From the NCBI RefSeq assembly GCF_009914755.1, contig NC_060931.1: DNA of 64,000 bases; one strand, given 5' to 3'. Shown here piece after piece: positions 52,351 to 64,000 of this stretch. The notes beneath the pieces are model-generated. The model ran no database searches. It worked only from the letters and a program-made list of their open reading frames with translations, and was not told the DNA's origin. Origin of the DNA: the human T2T-CHM13v2.0 reference genome, Homo sapiens. The translations under genes were made by a program, and so were the position numbers. The stretch's first letter is position 1. Every line of letters starts with the position of its first letter.

Positions 52351-54669
52351 TTGAGCCAATTCTTTATCAACAAGGCTGGCTTGAGCCTGATTTTTATTTT
52401 TGACCCATTACTTTATGACCCTGGTGCATACCTGCAGAGCTGGCTGATCCCAGTGAGGGGGAGGGGGCAGCTTTCTCCTGAGTTCCTTGGTGTTCTTCCC
52501 TGATTATCTCCCTAACCATGCAAGGGGCACAGGGATTGGGAAATTGAGGCCTCCAGAAAGCTCAGAGACAGGTCCATGGACCCTGGAAATACAGCAATTT
52601 GATGGGCAGGACAATTTGATGGGTCCAGTCATGACAGAGATTCCAGAACAGACACAGCCCTCGGCCCCCAGACATGGCATCTGCACTTCACCGGGGGCTC
52701 AGGGTTTGGCTCCACAGGGGACGGTGTCATTGCTGTTGATAATCAGACCTATAGGCTGGTGTCCCAACCAATGAGATAGAACATTTTAGATCTGGATGCC
52801 CATTGCTTTTAAAATCTGGCTTCTTGGGGTCTGTTCTCACTGAAAAATAAGGATGGCCCCAAAGCACTGAGAGTGAGGTCCCTGGCCCTAGCGTGGGGGT
52901 TGTAACTGCTTGTGTAATGGAACAAGACCATGCAAAATTAGGCATTTCCACCTCCAAATGAACAGACGCTTGCCTCAGGGGGGGCATCCATGTGGCCCCT
53001 CAGCACTGACTGGAGTGAGTACCCATGGATCCCAAGATAGGCTGGCTAGTAGAAAGATAAATTACCTCTTAAAGAAAATAACTTCTGTGGGTCTCACCAC
53101 AGGAAAAAAAATATCCATATACACACAGTGTACAAAACAATTATGGAAAAAAGCCCAGAGGGGGCAAAAAGCTCCCATAATCCCACCACTCAAAGATCAC
53201 TGCTTTTAATAATTTACCATGTCCTTCCAGAGATTTCCCCTTGCTACAAATTACATTTTTAGAGAAGGAAAAATAAATAGCTAATGAATCCATTAGCAGG
53301 TACTTGTGAAACAGGCGGACTCAGAGGACCTTGACTGTGAACGTCAGAGATGCAGGCAGCCAATTCCCATTTGGCCAGGGGAAGATTAGTTTATTCTGCT
53401 TAGCTCAAACCAGAACTAATGGCCTAAAGTGTTTCTCCATATTTGGGCAAAGCCACCTGGTCGTTGGCAGGGGAACCGCTTTCTGTGCGTGGGCCGCAAA
53501 GGCAGACAAAGCCTTCAACCTCCCCCCGCTCTGCGCATCTGTTGCTGTTTGTCATTCATCAAGTGGAGCAGGTGCAGGAGCTCCTGGCAGACATAACAAA
53601 CAAGGCCACTGTTAGATGGGCTGATTCCAGCCTGGGGGCTGCCTTTCACCCCCTAGCTCTGCCGGCACATCCCCTTCTAACCAGGGTCCCCATCCCAGGT
53701 GAGGACCACCAAACCGAGAAGGGGCGCGCTCCCTGGGCCTCCCTGGGGCCAGCAAGAGTGTGTGTCTGGGTTGGTGACTCAGGCTGGATGATTTTGTTTA
53801 TGGTTTTGTTATTGCCTTAATTGAATGGCTGTGTAATGAGTAACCTGTAGACCATCCCTCCCACCCGTGCCTGGCCTCCTGTGCATTCTTGGGGAGGACC
53901 TGTGTGCTGCATTCCTAGAGCATCATCTGAAGTGGTCCATGGGCCAGCCCCCAGCCCCAGGAGTCAAGAGGAATGCTGTGGCCTCCTCAGGAGACTTCAG
54001 AAGTTGAGGCGATCCCTGATCTCTGGACGGTGCCAACATTCCAGGGAAGAGGAGAGAGAGGAGAAACTGGGATGACTCCTTCCAAGTGTGTCCTTAGCCT
54101 ACAAAGTCTTGACCAGCTCAGCACAGCCCAACCCTCCCCTCAGGAATAAGGGAAAAGCAGAGGAGGAGCAGAAGAGGAAGACAGAGATGGGGCGAAGGCG
54201 AAGAGTCCAGGGGGAAATGGAAACAAATGAAACTTGGGAAAAGAATAAAAGCCCTGCTCCTCTTTGTTCTCTCCCTCATCTTAAGTCCCCAAGAAGAATT
54301 TTCAAAGACTTCTTTGCACCTCTGGCTCCCAGAACAGCCTCAGGCAACTATGGGGAACTATTCTCCCGTATTGGTTTCCCATATCCCCAGACCCCAAGTT
54401 CATGGCGCACCTGGGGCCATGGCTGTGGCAAAGCTTCAGCTGACACCGAGTCTGAGCCCTCAACTGATGGCACACCCAGGAACGGTCAGCCTAAAGGCAT
54501 TTGCTGCTCACTAGGGGAAGCCAGGGTTGGGGCAGAGACTTACAGTTTCCTCTGGATGCAACTTCTGAGCCAGGCCCACCTTCCTAAAGGGACCACAGGA
54601 CAAGCCGAGGGGGCTCCCTGCAGGGCTTCAGAACTGCAGGGTATGGTGCGGCTGCAGTCCTCTGACATA

Positions 54670-55030
54670 TTAGATTAGAGCATGCAGCAGTAACAAATAT
54701 CCATCCCAATCTCAGTGGTTTAACACAATGAAAGTTTGTTTTTCATGCACACAAAGTCCAACATGAACAGGTGACTCTCCTTGGCGGCTTTCTTCCGCAG
54801 TGAGAGAGGGATCCAGGAGGCTGTTTCTATCTAGAATTTTTTTTTTTTGCTTCCAGCCACACAGACAGAAAAGAGCATGGAGAAGTCACACTTGCTCTTA
54901 ACAATCTCAACCCAGAAGTGCCGTGTCATTTCTGCTCACCTTTCCATTGGTCAAAGTAGTCACATGACCTCAGTCATACTGCAAAGGAGGCTGGGAAATG
55001 TAGGGGAACACACAGGTATTTTGTGAGCAC
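54670..55030. mobile_element. MLT1-type MaLR LTR
   Basis: atctcagtggtttaacacaatgaaagtttg...ccattggtcaaagtagtcacatgacc...gaggctgggaaatgtag. Confidence 0.55.
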
Positions 55031-55085
55031 CGTCTGTGTCGCACGTGGGGATTTGACTCTTTGGGTGGCTTTATTTTACTTCCAG

Positions 55086-55285
55086 GAAATGGTTCTAACA
55101 GCAACCCCTGCTCAGAAACTTATCACGGGCCCTCCCCTCAGTCGGAGCCGGAGGTGGCTGCCATAGTGAACTTCATCACAGCCCATGGCAACTTCAAGGC
55201 TCTGATCTCCATCCACAGCTACTCTCAGATGCTTATGTACCCTTACGGCCGATCGCTGGATCCCGTTTCAAATCAGAGGGAGTTG
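55086..55285 (+). CDS. CPA5: CPA5 coding exon 9 (third zinc ligand)
   Basis: ttccag|(G)[66 protein letters not shown]|GTGAGA; His323 corresponds to His196. Confidence 0.97.
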
Positions 55286-55619
55286 GTGAGACTGGCTGCT
55301 TAGGGCCTGGGGAGAAGAGACCGCTTCACAGAAAAATCCATATCTGTCATACTCCCAGAGGGCTCAGGTTGTTACTCTGAATGCAGGGGTCTGGGCTGAT
55401 TGACCCCATGGTGCGGGGGTGGGGTAGGGGGAGCTTGCTGTTCTCACGTGTGATCAAGTTCAAAGCTGGAGATGCTGTGCTCCCTTCTCACAAGGGCCAT
55501 CTCCACCTTCAACTTCCAGGACTGCTAAATCCATGCTTCTCACCAGCTGGTGAGGGTGGGGGAGTGTGTGGGAGCCCCGGGGAGCCCCTGCCTTTCACCC
55601 CGCCAATGTCATCTTGCAG

Positions 55620-55704
55620 TACGATCTTGCCAAGGATGCGGTGGAGGCCTTGTATAAGGTCCATGGGATCGAGTACATTTTTGGCAGCATCAGCACCACC
55701 CTCT
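55620..55704 (+). CDS. CPA5: CPA5 coding exon 10
   Basis: ttgcag|[28 protein letters not shown](Y)|GTGAGT. Confidence 0.96.
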
Positions 55705-56123
55705 GTGAGTGAGCCTCCCCTGGCCCTGCTTCAGACACCACATCTACCTGGGGCTGGCTGCAGGGCAGTGCCATGGATCTAGCTGGGCTGGCCCAAAGCT
55801 GCCTCCCACACTGGATAGAAGGGTGAACAGTGGTACCCAGGGAGCTGTTTCTTGGCAGCTTTTGTGCACAGCTCCCAGTGCCTGGCTCACTGCAAGGTTC
55901 CTAAGCCTAGTAGCCTGCAGGAGCTTTCTTTTTGCAGTAGTAGAGAATGGGCTGGGTGCACAGATGTGATCCTGTTTGAGGCCTGGGCAGGAAGCCTGGT
56001 GTGGCCTGGGGTGGGTGGGGGTTTGGCTCCCAGGGCTCACTTTCCACCCAGGGTGCCTCTGTACCTTGCAGCCACATCCCCTTCTTCCTTTGGTGGGGCA
56101 CATTTTGGAACTTTTGTTTCTAG

Positions 56124-56311
56124 ATGTGGCCAGTGGGATCACCGTCGACTGGGCCTACGACAGTGGCATCAAGTACGCCTTCAGCTTTGAGCTCCGGGAC
56201 ACTGGGCAGTATGGCTTCCTGCTGCCGGCCACACAGATCATCCCCACGGCCCAGGAGACGTGGATGGCGCTTCGGACCATCATGGAGCACACCCTGAATC
56301 ACCCCTACTAG
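56124..56311 (+). CDS. CPA5: CPA5 coding exon 11 (last)
   Basis: ttctag|(Y)[61 protein letters not shown]; the coding exons sum to 1311 nt, i.e. 436 aa plus stop. Confidence 0.97.
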
Positions 56312-56421
56312 CAGCACGACTGAGGGCAGGAGGCTCCATCCTTCTCCCCAAGGTCTGTGGCTCCTCCCGAAACCCAAGTTATGCATCCCCATCCCCATGC
56401 CCTCATCCCGACCTCTTAGAA

Positions 56422-56427
56422 AATAAA
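56422..56427 (+). terminator. CPA5: CPA5 polyadenylation signal
   Basis: AATAAA 110 nt after the stop. Confidence 0.8.
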
Positions 56428-57328
56428 TACAAGTTTGAACAGGCTTCGCTGCCTCTCGTGTTGGCTACCACCCCTATGGGCTCAGCACTGACAAGGGGAC
56501 GAGAGGCTGCTTCTCATTCCGCAGGGGAGCCTGAAATGTGGGGGAAGCCTCTGCACTCTCCAGTCTACCTTCAGGAAAATAAGGGGGTAGAGGCTGTAGC
56601 TTTTCTCCTCTTGCAGTGTTTTCAGGGCCCGGAACACAGAAGGCACACATTGTCCCAGCATATTTACATTTTAAGATGCTCCTGGAGGGGACAATGTTTG
56701 CTCTAAAAGAGCATTTCTGATGGGGGCATTTCTGCCACCTTGAGGGAAAGGTTGGCCCAGACAGGCCACCTCTGCCTCGGTTGGCTTCACTTCCCATGCA
56801 GGGAGGGAGCAGGAGCACATTTTGGAGGTTACCACTCACCCCACAACCCAACACGAATGAGTCATTGGCTTATGACCTGCTCCCCCCGAGGTGTCCTCAA
56901 AGGCTCCCTGGGTCTTGGGAACACAGGGTCAGAGCTAGTCAGAGCCAGCACATCAAAGCACCGCATATCCAGGAAGAAGAGCTTCTCATCATCATCATCA
57001 GCGACACCATCCTGGTTGTCATCCCTGAGCTGTGTTAAGTAGGCACTTCCCCTAAGAGAGTTAAAGGGGCACTCGTAAGATACTAAGAAGACTCCTTCCC
57101 CCAGCCCCAGGCCTCCTTGTACCTTTTGCCTCTTCATTCTGTCTGCTGCCTTCTGGGAAATGATGGGACTGGCAGGCTGTACTATGCAGCAGGGATAGCA
57201 GGGCTGTTTGCTCTGCCCTCAGGAAGGCAGATAACCCCTAGAAACAGGAAGAGCCAAATGAGGTTGTGTAAGTCTGAGGCAGAAACATTAGTCGTGAGAG
57301 CAAGACTTGCATTTGCAAGAGCCAGGCT

Positions 57329-57416
57329 GTGTGTGTGTTTGTGTGTGTGCGTGTGTGTGTGTGCATGTGTGTGCACGTGTGTGCATGTGCGTGTGTGTGT
57401 CCGTGTGTGTGTGTGT
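57329..57416. repeat. Imperfect (TG)n/(CGTG) alternating purine-pyrimidine tract
   Basis: About 88 bp of near-continuous RY alternation. Confidence 0.9.
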
Positions 57417-59264
57417 AAAACTGGATGGCCAAGAGCCAACCCCTGGAGGGCACGGAGACAGGGAAGAAAACAGAGTGAAACAAAAATATTTGTGTAGAAG
57501 GCATAAAAGTTATCATCACAGACTCCACTGTGTAAAGGCATAACTTGCTTTATTTATCTCTAGTGTATATGAACTTAGCCTCCCTTTCCATTCAGCCTGT
57601 GAAAGGAGATAGTGCTTGGGCCATTTGGTAGAAGAAGGGGATGGGAGATGATCAAAACCCCAAGTAAGGTTCATATCCAATATAGTGTCTAAGCAGCAAA
57701 TGACTAATGGCCGAAGAAGGAGACTAGACAGAGGATTAGAGGCAGCCATGGGGCTGGTGCAGCTGTGGAGAGCTCTGAGCAAAGAAACAAGGTTGGCAGG
57801 TGAGGAGGCCTAGGATAGAGGCCAGAAGGCCAAACCTGGGGCTGTGCAGCCAGTGGTCATGGTGGCACAGCAGGCACTGGCTGGGCATTGGCTGGGCATG
57901 CAGATGCCCAAGGCCAGCTGTGCCACATAGAAGCCCTGAGGAAGTGAGGGTAATTAACCCCTGAACAACCCAGATCATCTTCAGGGGAACAGCCAGCAGC
58001 AGAGGAGGAGAAAATCTTGACTTTGGCTGAAGTTTCCCACAGGAGACTTTTTTTTTTTTAAAGCTGGAATTGGTCTGAGTGAGCTAGAATTTCCAACCCA
58101 AAGTTTTCTGCTGCTAGTGGAAATTCGAGGTCATGGGCTAAGTTAATATAAGCTAGAGGTAAATAAAGCCAGTTATACCTTTGCACAGTGGAGTCTGTGA
58201 TTATAACTTTTATGCTGTCGATACAAATATTTTTATTTTTATTTCATCCTCTTGGGGAGGGTATTCCTGGTATTAATAAGTTCATTGTTTTAGATAAGGA
58301 AAGCAAGGTTCGGAGATGTTTCAAAAGCCATACAAGGCCACAATGGAGAGAAAATTGTTGAGAAAGATTTGAACTTGGGTTTGTCAAACTCCAAAACCAC
58401 TGTCACCATTTGTCCAAGTGCAGCCGGTGGTCCATCTGCAGCAGAATCCGTGGAGACTTGTTTAACAGGAAGGGATTTGGTTCCATCTCCAGACCGAATT
58501 AGAATATCTGGGGGCAGACACCCCAAATCTGCATTTTTACCAACTGCCCAAGGAGTTCTGAGGTATCTTCAAATACCCACTGACCCCTGTTCCCCTGCCT
58601 CCCGGGAAGAATATATTCCAGTCTTCCGGGGGGAGTTGGGCCTTGGGTCTCCCCACTCTGCCATTGTCCACCGGGGCTGGAGGTGGCTGCCACAGAGGGA
58701 GGCCAGTCATTCTCTAGAGTACTTCCTGGGGGCTGCCTTGGCCCTAGCCTAAAGCAGTGTGGTCTGCAGACCACAGGCATCACATCACCTGGGAGCTTAG
58801 TCCCAGCCCTACTAAATCCAAGTCTCTAGTGGGTGGGGCCTAGGAGATTTGAATGCCAAATTGGACAAGAACTGGCCTAGGGGCAGGAGGCCTTGGGCTC
58901 TGATGAGCTTCCCAAGCCGAAATAAACTCTTTTCTAGCACTTACAATGTGCCAGGCACGGTGCCAAGTGCATTAGGGGTTTCAACATGTCACCTCCTCAC
59001 AGCTCTCAGAGGCAGGACTATTACTGTCCTTATTTTCAGCCAAGGAGGTGACTCAGGCTCAGACAGGATGGTTGCTGAAAGGCACACAGGTCCTGAGTGG
59101 CAGGGTTTGGGCTGACCTGCAGGCTGGTAGCTCATCATCTGCCTTCAGAACCTGAACCCAACTCACGGCCAAGGCTCTGCAGGATCAGGGATGAGGAACT
59201 TGTTCTCACAGCCAGCTTGGCCAGATCTCTGTACAGCCATTAAGCTCACAAAAGTTGAGGCTGA

Positions 59265-59571
<307 letters not shown>

Positions 59572-60049
59572 CCAGATGGAGGTCTTCTTAAAAGGCCCAA
59601 GGTGCTGCCCAGTGGCCCTGTCTACCTCTCCTGCCTTGTGCCAGGACCTCTTGCCTCCCTGCTCATCAGCTCCAACCTCACTGGCTCCTCTCAGTTCCCT
59701 CAACACCAATGTTCCTGCCCAGCGGCTTTGTGTGTGCTGCTTTCCTGGAACATTCTTTTCTCCCTCTCTCCCCCTTCAATATCCTTCCTCACAAGTCCTA
59801 GGACCACCCACTGGAAGTACATCTTCTCCTATTATTCTCTTTTCCAGAACTTCATTTATTTCCTTCAGAGCAATACAATGATAATCAATAACTAATCGAC
59901 TTCTTAGTCCACTGCTGTCTGTCACCCCCATCATGTGCGAGCTACATGAGGGCAGGGGCCGTGTGTGCGTTGCTCACTCTCTCTGCACCTGTCAGCACTG
60001 GGCACACAGAAGATTCTCTATATTTGTTAAAGGACTGTTTCTTCTCAGC

Positions 60050-60540
60050 CTAGTAAAATTAGGACTAGGTTTCACTCTATGTGGCAGAAGTCCACCTTAC
60101 TGTGGCTTAACCAGATAGGGGTTTTATTTCTGTCATATAGCAAGTAGTCATCTGAGGTGGGCAGTCCAGGGCTGGACAGTGACTCCTGGGTATACTGGGG
60201 ACCCAGACCCTTGTGATCTCTTCTGCTTCACCATTCTGCTCTATTTTGACCTCTACTTTCAAGATGGCTGCTCTACCTCCCTTGTGACGAAATTCCAGGC
60301 AGGAAGAGCAAGGGGCAAACAAGTGAGCCAGCTGAGGTGGCGGGTCCAGAGACTTCGCCTTACACTATATTTGTTGAAACTGTGTCATGCGGCCATGCCT
60401 AGCTGTAAGGTAAGCTGGGAAATAGCTCTATAGCTGGGCGTATTGCTGCCCCAATGAAAATTGGAGTTCTGTGGGCAAGGAGGAAGGGAAGAACGGATAT
60501 TTGGAAGGAGCCAGCAGAGTCTGCAGCAGCTTCTCTGAGG
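60050..60540. mobile_element. MLT1-type MaLR LTR
   Basis: gtggcttaaccagataggggttttatttc...aagatggctgc...gtcatgcggccatgcctagctgtaagg...ctgggaaat. Confidence 0.55.
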
Positions 60541-63019
60541 GGCAGGGAGGATCTGAAGAGGCCTCAGAACCCATTTCTTGCTCTAGTTTATCAAGGACCT
60601 AATCCTAAAGCCATATAATTATCCAGATGTTTTAGCCCAACCCGCTCATTTTTGCAGTTATGAAGACAGGGGCCTCTGGATCACAAGATTTGCACGAGGC
60701 CCCACGTGAATTTAACAGCTGGGAGAAGACTAAGGCCAGGGGGGTGCTCTAGTCCCAGCCCCACCACAGCTTCCTTCCATCATAGATTGAGGGTTCACCC
60801 CTCTGGGTCTCCTCAGCAAGCCCAGAGAGATGATGGCGGGGGTTTAAGTTTATCAAATAAAAGCTCAAGACTTAGACACGCAAGTTGTAGAGCTGCTACA
60901 GAAGAACCTCCTTTTTATAAACCCTGAACGTTTTTTCCCCCATTTTCTGAAGTATATAATGCTAAACAGCAGCTCCGTTTTTCAACATACTGCTTGCTGG
61001 TGGTTTTTTTTTTTTCTTTTTCCAACAAACTGCTCTTTTTAGGTATGTTTTTTCATCCTTTACACCAGCAAAATTTATGAGCATTTATTTAAAAGAAAAA
61101 AAGCATTGGAAAAACTGAAGAGAGAAAGAGCAATTCTACATATGGAAAGCTATAAAGAACCACAGCGAATGTGCTGCGGTTATTGCTTTCTTAAAAAAAC
61201 AAACCAGGCAGGCAGTTTGGAATGTGAGGGGCCTGTGTGAGGCCAGGCTGGCCGGGAGGCCGTGGGGGCTGGGCCCTGGCAGGGATCCAGGGAGTGCAGT
61301 GAGGGGCCCTTCACACCCCGATCCTCCTCCATGGCCCCTCTGACCACTCCAGCGAGAAACAGGCCCAGACAGAAAACGACTTTACTGAGAACATTTAATT
61401 TAATGTAAAAATGCCCCTTTAGGAAAACAAGAAGGCCCAGGCAGCCGGTCAGCACAGGCTGGGAGAGAATGCAGCGAACATGGGGCCTGTCGGAACTTCC
61501 CAGACGTGGTGGGAACCACACCAGCACAGAGTCAACAGCAGGCAGGGGAAGGCCTGCGGGGCCCCAGGGCCAGAGGCTAGGACGGGCAAGCCAGACCGGA
61601 TTTGGGAAACGTGTTATCATTTCCAAGGACTATCCCAAGTACGTGGGGTAGGAGAACCTTGGAGGCCAAACAGGCTGCCTGGATTTGTCCTTCCGGACGC
61701 CGCCCCCCCCCGCCCCCCCGCCGCCCATTATTTATTGCTGTCACTTTGTTGACGTTCCAGAGCCAGGCCTGGCTGCTGCGGCTCCCAGACCCGGTCCCAG
61801 GCATGTTGGGACACGGGCCGGCTGTGCTCTGTGGAATGTTCCCAGGCAGCAGGTCCACTTCCTGGGCTGCAGCCCTGGGTTCTGCTGATACCCCTTCTGT
61901 AGCAGACTTCTCCTGCCCTGTCCTCCAGCATGGCCTGCCGGCGTGGGACAGGCCTGCCCCACATCTCAAACTCGGGGGGCAAAAAATGTCCTTCTGTGGA
62001 GGGGGCCCCTGAAGGAGAACTCCAGCCTGCTTGGTTGACTGAGGTTCTTCTTCCCTGAGCTTCTAGGATGTCCTTAGAGTGGGAATCCATTCCCTCTGGT
62101 CGTCCCTTACCAGGCTCTTGCTCTGGGGCCTGCAGTTCACCTCTTGCTCTCTTCTAACCAGCTCTGCCAAGCTCTGCGGCTCTCCCTCCACCTTCCTGCC
62201 CTGTCAGCCCACCTCTCTCAATTCCCCAAAGCATGGCTAGACCATGGGGTAACAGTTCCCACAACTTTACTTGGGATATGGAAGGAACATACAATATAGA
62301 AAATAAAACATGGAAGCTGGACGCTGGATGTCTCTGGTGTTGGAGCTGGTGGTTCATGTCCCACCATGGGTCACCCCAATAGGCCTTCACTCTCCTTGAC
62401 CCTCAGCTGGCTCCCACGCTGCTGGGGTGGCCCATACCCCCTCCCACAGTGCGGACGCCCTCCAGGTGCTCCTGAAGCCTCTCAGGCTCCCGCCATCTTT
62501 CCCAGTACCCGAGGTGCACCCCTGCCCAGTTCCTCCTAGTGGCAGATCTCCATTCTGAGACTGGGGCTCTGTTCTCAACATTCCCTAAAGACCCTGGACA
62601 CTGGGGGGCTTCTCTCTTCAGGGGACCCTTCTATCAGAGAAAAATTCGGCCTCTACTTCTAGAGAAAAAATACCACTAGCCACTTTAAAGTTTTGACAGC
62701 CCTGTAGCTTCAAAGCAAACACACCAATAGGCTCTGCTGGACACTCAGTTATAAAAGCAAAACTTAAGGAGGCCACTGACTGGACCTCATCCTCTCAGCC
62801 TCCCACAATGCCCCCAAGCCCTGGTGACCTCCCACTAACACAGCCTCAGCAGGATGCAGCCCCTCTCAACCCAAACTGCACTGGACATGCATACCCATTG
62901 CAAGCCCCAGGCCCTCCCTGGCTCAATCCTTACCTCCCTGCAAACATGGCATCTTCTTTCCACCCTTCCCAGACCTGTCACCATGGCTTGATTTGTTTTG
63001 GGGTAAAAAATTTAAGTGT

Positions 63020-63355
63020 GTCAGGTGCAGTGGATCATGACTGTAATCCCAGCATCTTGGGAGGCTGAGGTGGGAGGATTGCTTGGGCCCAGGAGTTTGA
63101 GACCAGCCTGGGTAACATGGTGAGACCTCATCTCTAAAAAAAAAAAAAAACAAAACAAAAAAAAAAACTTAAAAAATTAGCAGGGTGTGGTGGCATGCAC
63201 CTGTAGTCTCAGCTACCTGGGAGTCTGAGGCAGGAGGATCCCTTGAACTTAAGAATTCCAGGCAGCAATGAGCTATGATCACCCCACTGCACTGCAGCCT
63301 GGGCAACAGAGTAAGACCCCATCTCAAAAAAAGAAAAAAAAGAAAAAAAGAAAAC
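63020..63355 (+). mobile_element. AluJ followed by a MIR (~63400-63500)
   Basis: Alu dimer with long A-rich linker and tail. Confidence 0.85.
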
Positions 63356-64000
63356 CCAAATATCCTAGCATCGTAAAGTGTCACCACTGGAAGGGACCGC
63401 AGAGATTATTCTGACCAACTCCCCCATTTAATAGATGAGGAAACCAAGGCCCAGGGATGTGAAGTGACCTGCCCAAAGTCCTATAACGAGTTTGCGGCAA
63501 ACCACTTAGAAAGTATTCCTGTTTTATTTTGCTCTCTTCTGAAATTAGAGAATGTCTTTTTATCACCTGTGCACTGTCCCCAGTCACATGTAACAGAAAA
63601 CCAACTTGAATTGAGGAAAAGAAGAAATTAATTCATTGGCCCATCCAGAGAACTGGGGTTGGGCTGGGATGTCTAAGTCCACCTGAATCATGTGGCCTCA
63701 GAGTGGGCAAGGAGTGGTCTCTAGGGGAAAATGGAGGTCCTGTTATCAGATGGAAGAGGCTACCAGGCAGGGTAATGAGAGGTATACACTGCAGTCCCTG
63801 ACTCGGCTGCTGCAGTTTCTCAGACTTCCCTTCCATGTGCACAACCATGTCATGTCCAACCCTGAACACACCTGCCAAAGGGAGGCAGCTGAAGTCTCAT
63901 CTAGCTATTGCATGTGGCCCTTCTGACAGCACCCATCATGTTCTCTACAGGGATCTTTCTCCACTGTCCCCTATTGATCCCTAACGTGGATACTGGGGAC

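Noticed and set aside
54088-54678. 196-aa ORF in a CPA5 intron
   Set aside because: Non-ATG start, no domain motif, no convincing splice context; compatible with chance in GC-rich DNA.
60700-64000. PTF1 (E-box plus TC-box) pancreatic enhancer for CPA1
   Set aside because: Several CAGCTG/CACCTG E-boxes occur, but I found none with a correctly spaced TTTCCC box; no CPA1 exon is in the window.

Overview
Primate (almost certainly human) genomic DNA from the carboxypeptidase A cluster, recognised from protein sequence as the CPA4-CPA5(-CPA1) region of 7q32. The window holds the terminal exon and 3'UTR of CPA4 (10238 to ~11920, +) and the complete CPA5 gene (+). CPA5 has 11 GT-AG coding exons from 34219 to 56311 that splice into an intact 436-aa preprocarboxypeptidase with all zinc and catalytic residues, plus probable non-coding 5' exons at ~32.6-33.6 kb. 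The rest is repeat-dense: a 5'-truncated antisense LTR19/HERV-FH-like provirus (pol-env-3'LTR) in the last CPA4 intron, an AluYa5, ~35 other Alus, old L1/L2/MIR, several LTRs, DNA transposons and microsatellites. Almost all ORFs in the supplied track are Alu-derived or spurious. I see no evidence for a new gene system. The most interesting signals are regulatory or evolutionary: (1) a TSD-flanked U13 snoRNA retrocopy carrying a perfect CRE palindrome just upstream of the CPA5 start region; (2) a strong-Kozak in-frame uORF and an apparent ATG>AGG loss of the ancestral CPA5 start codon; (3) a MIR-derived 5'UTR exon; (4) a rearranged solo LTR containing an inverted piece of proviral internal sequence. 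Repeat subfamily names are from recall and need RepeatMasker/Dfam confirmation.
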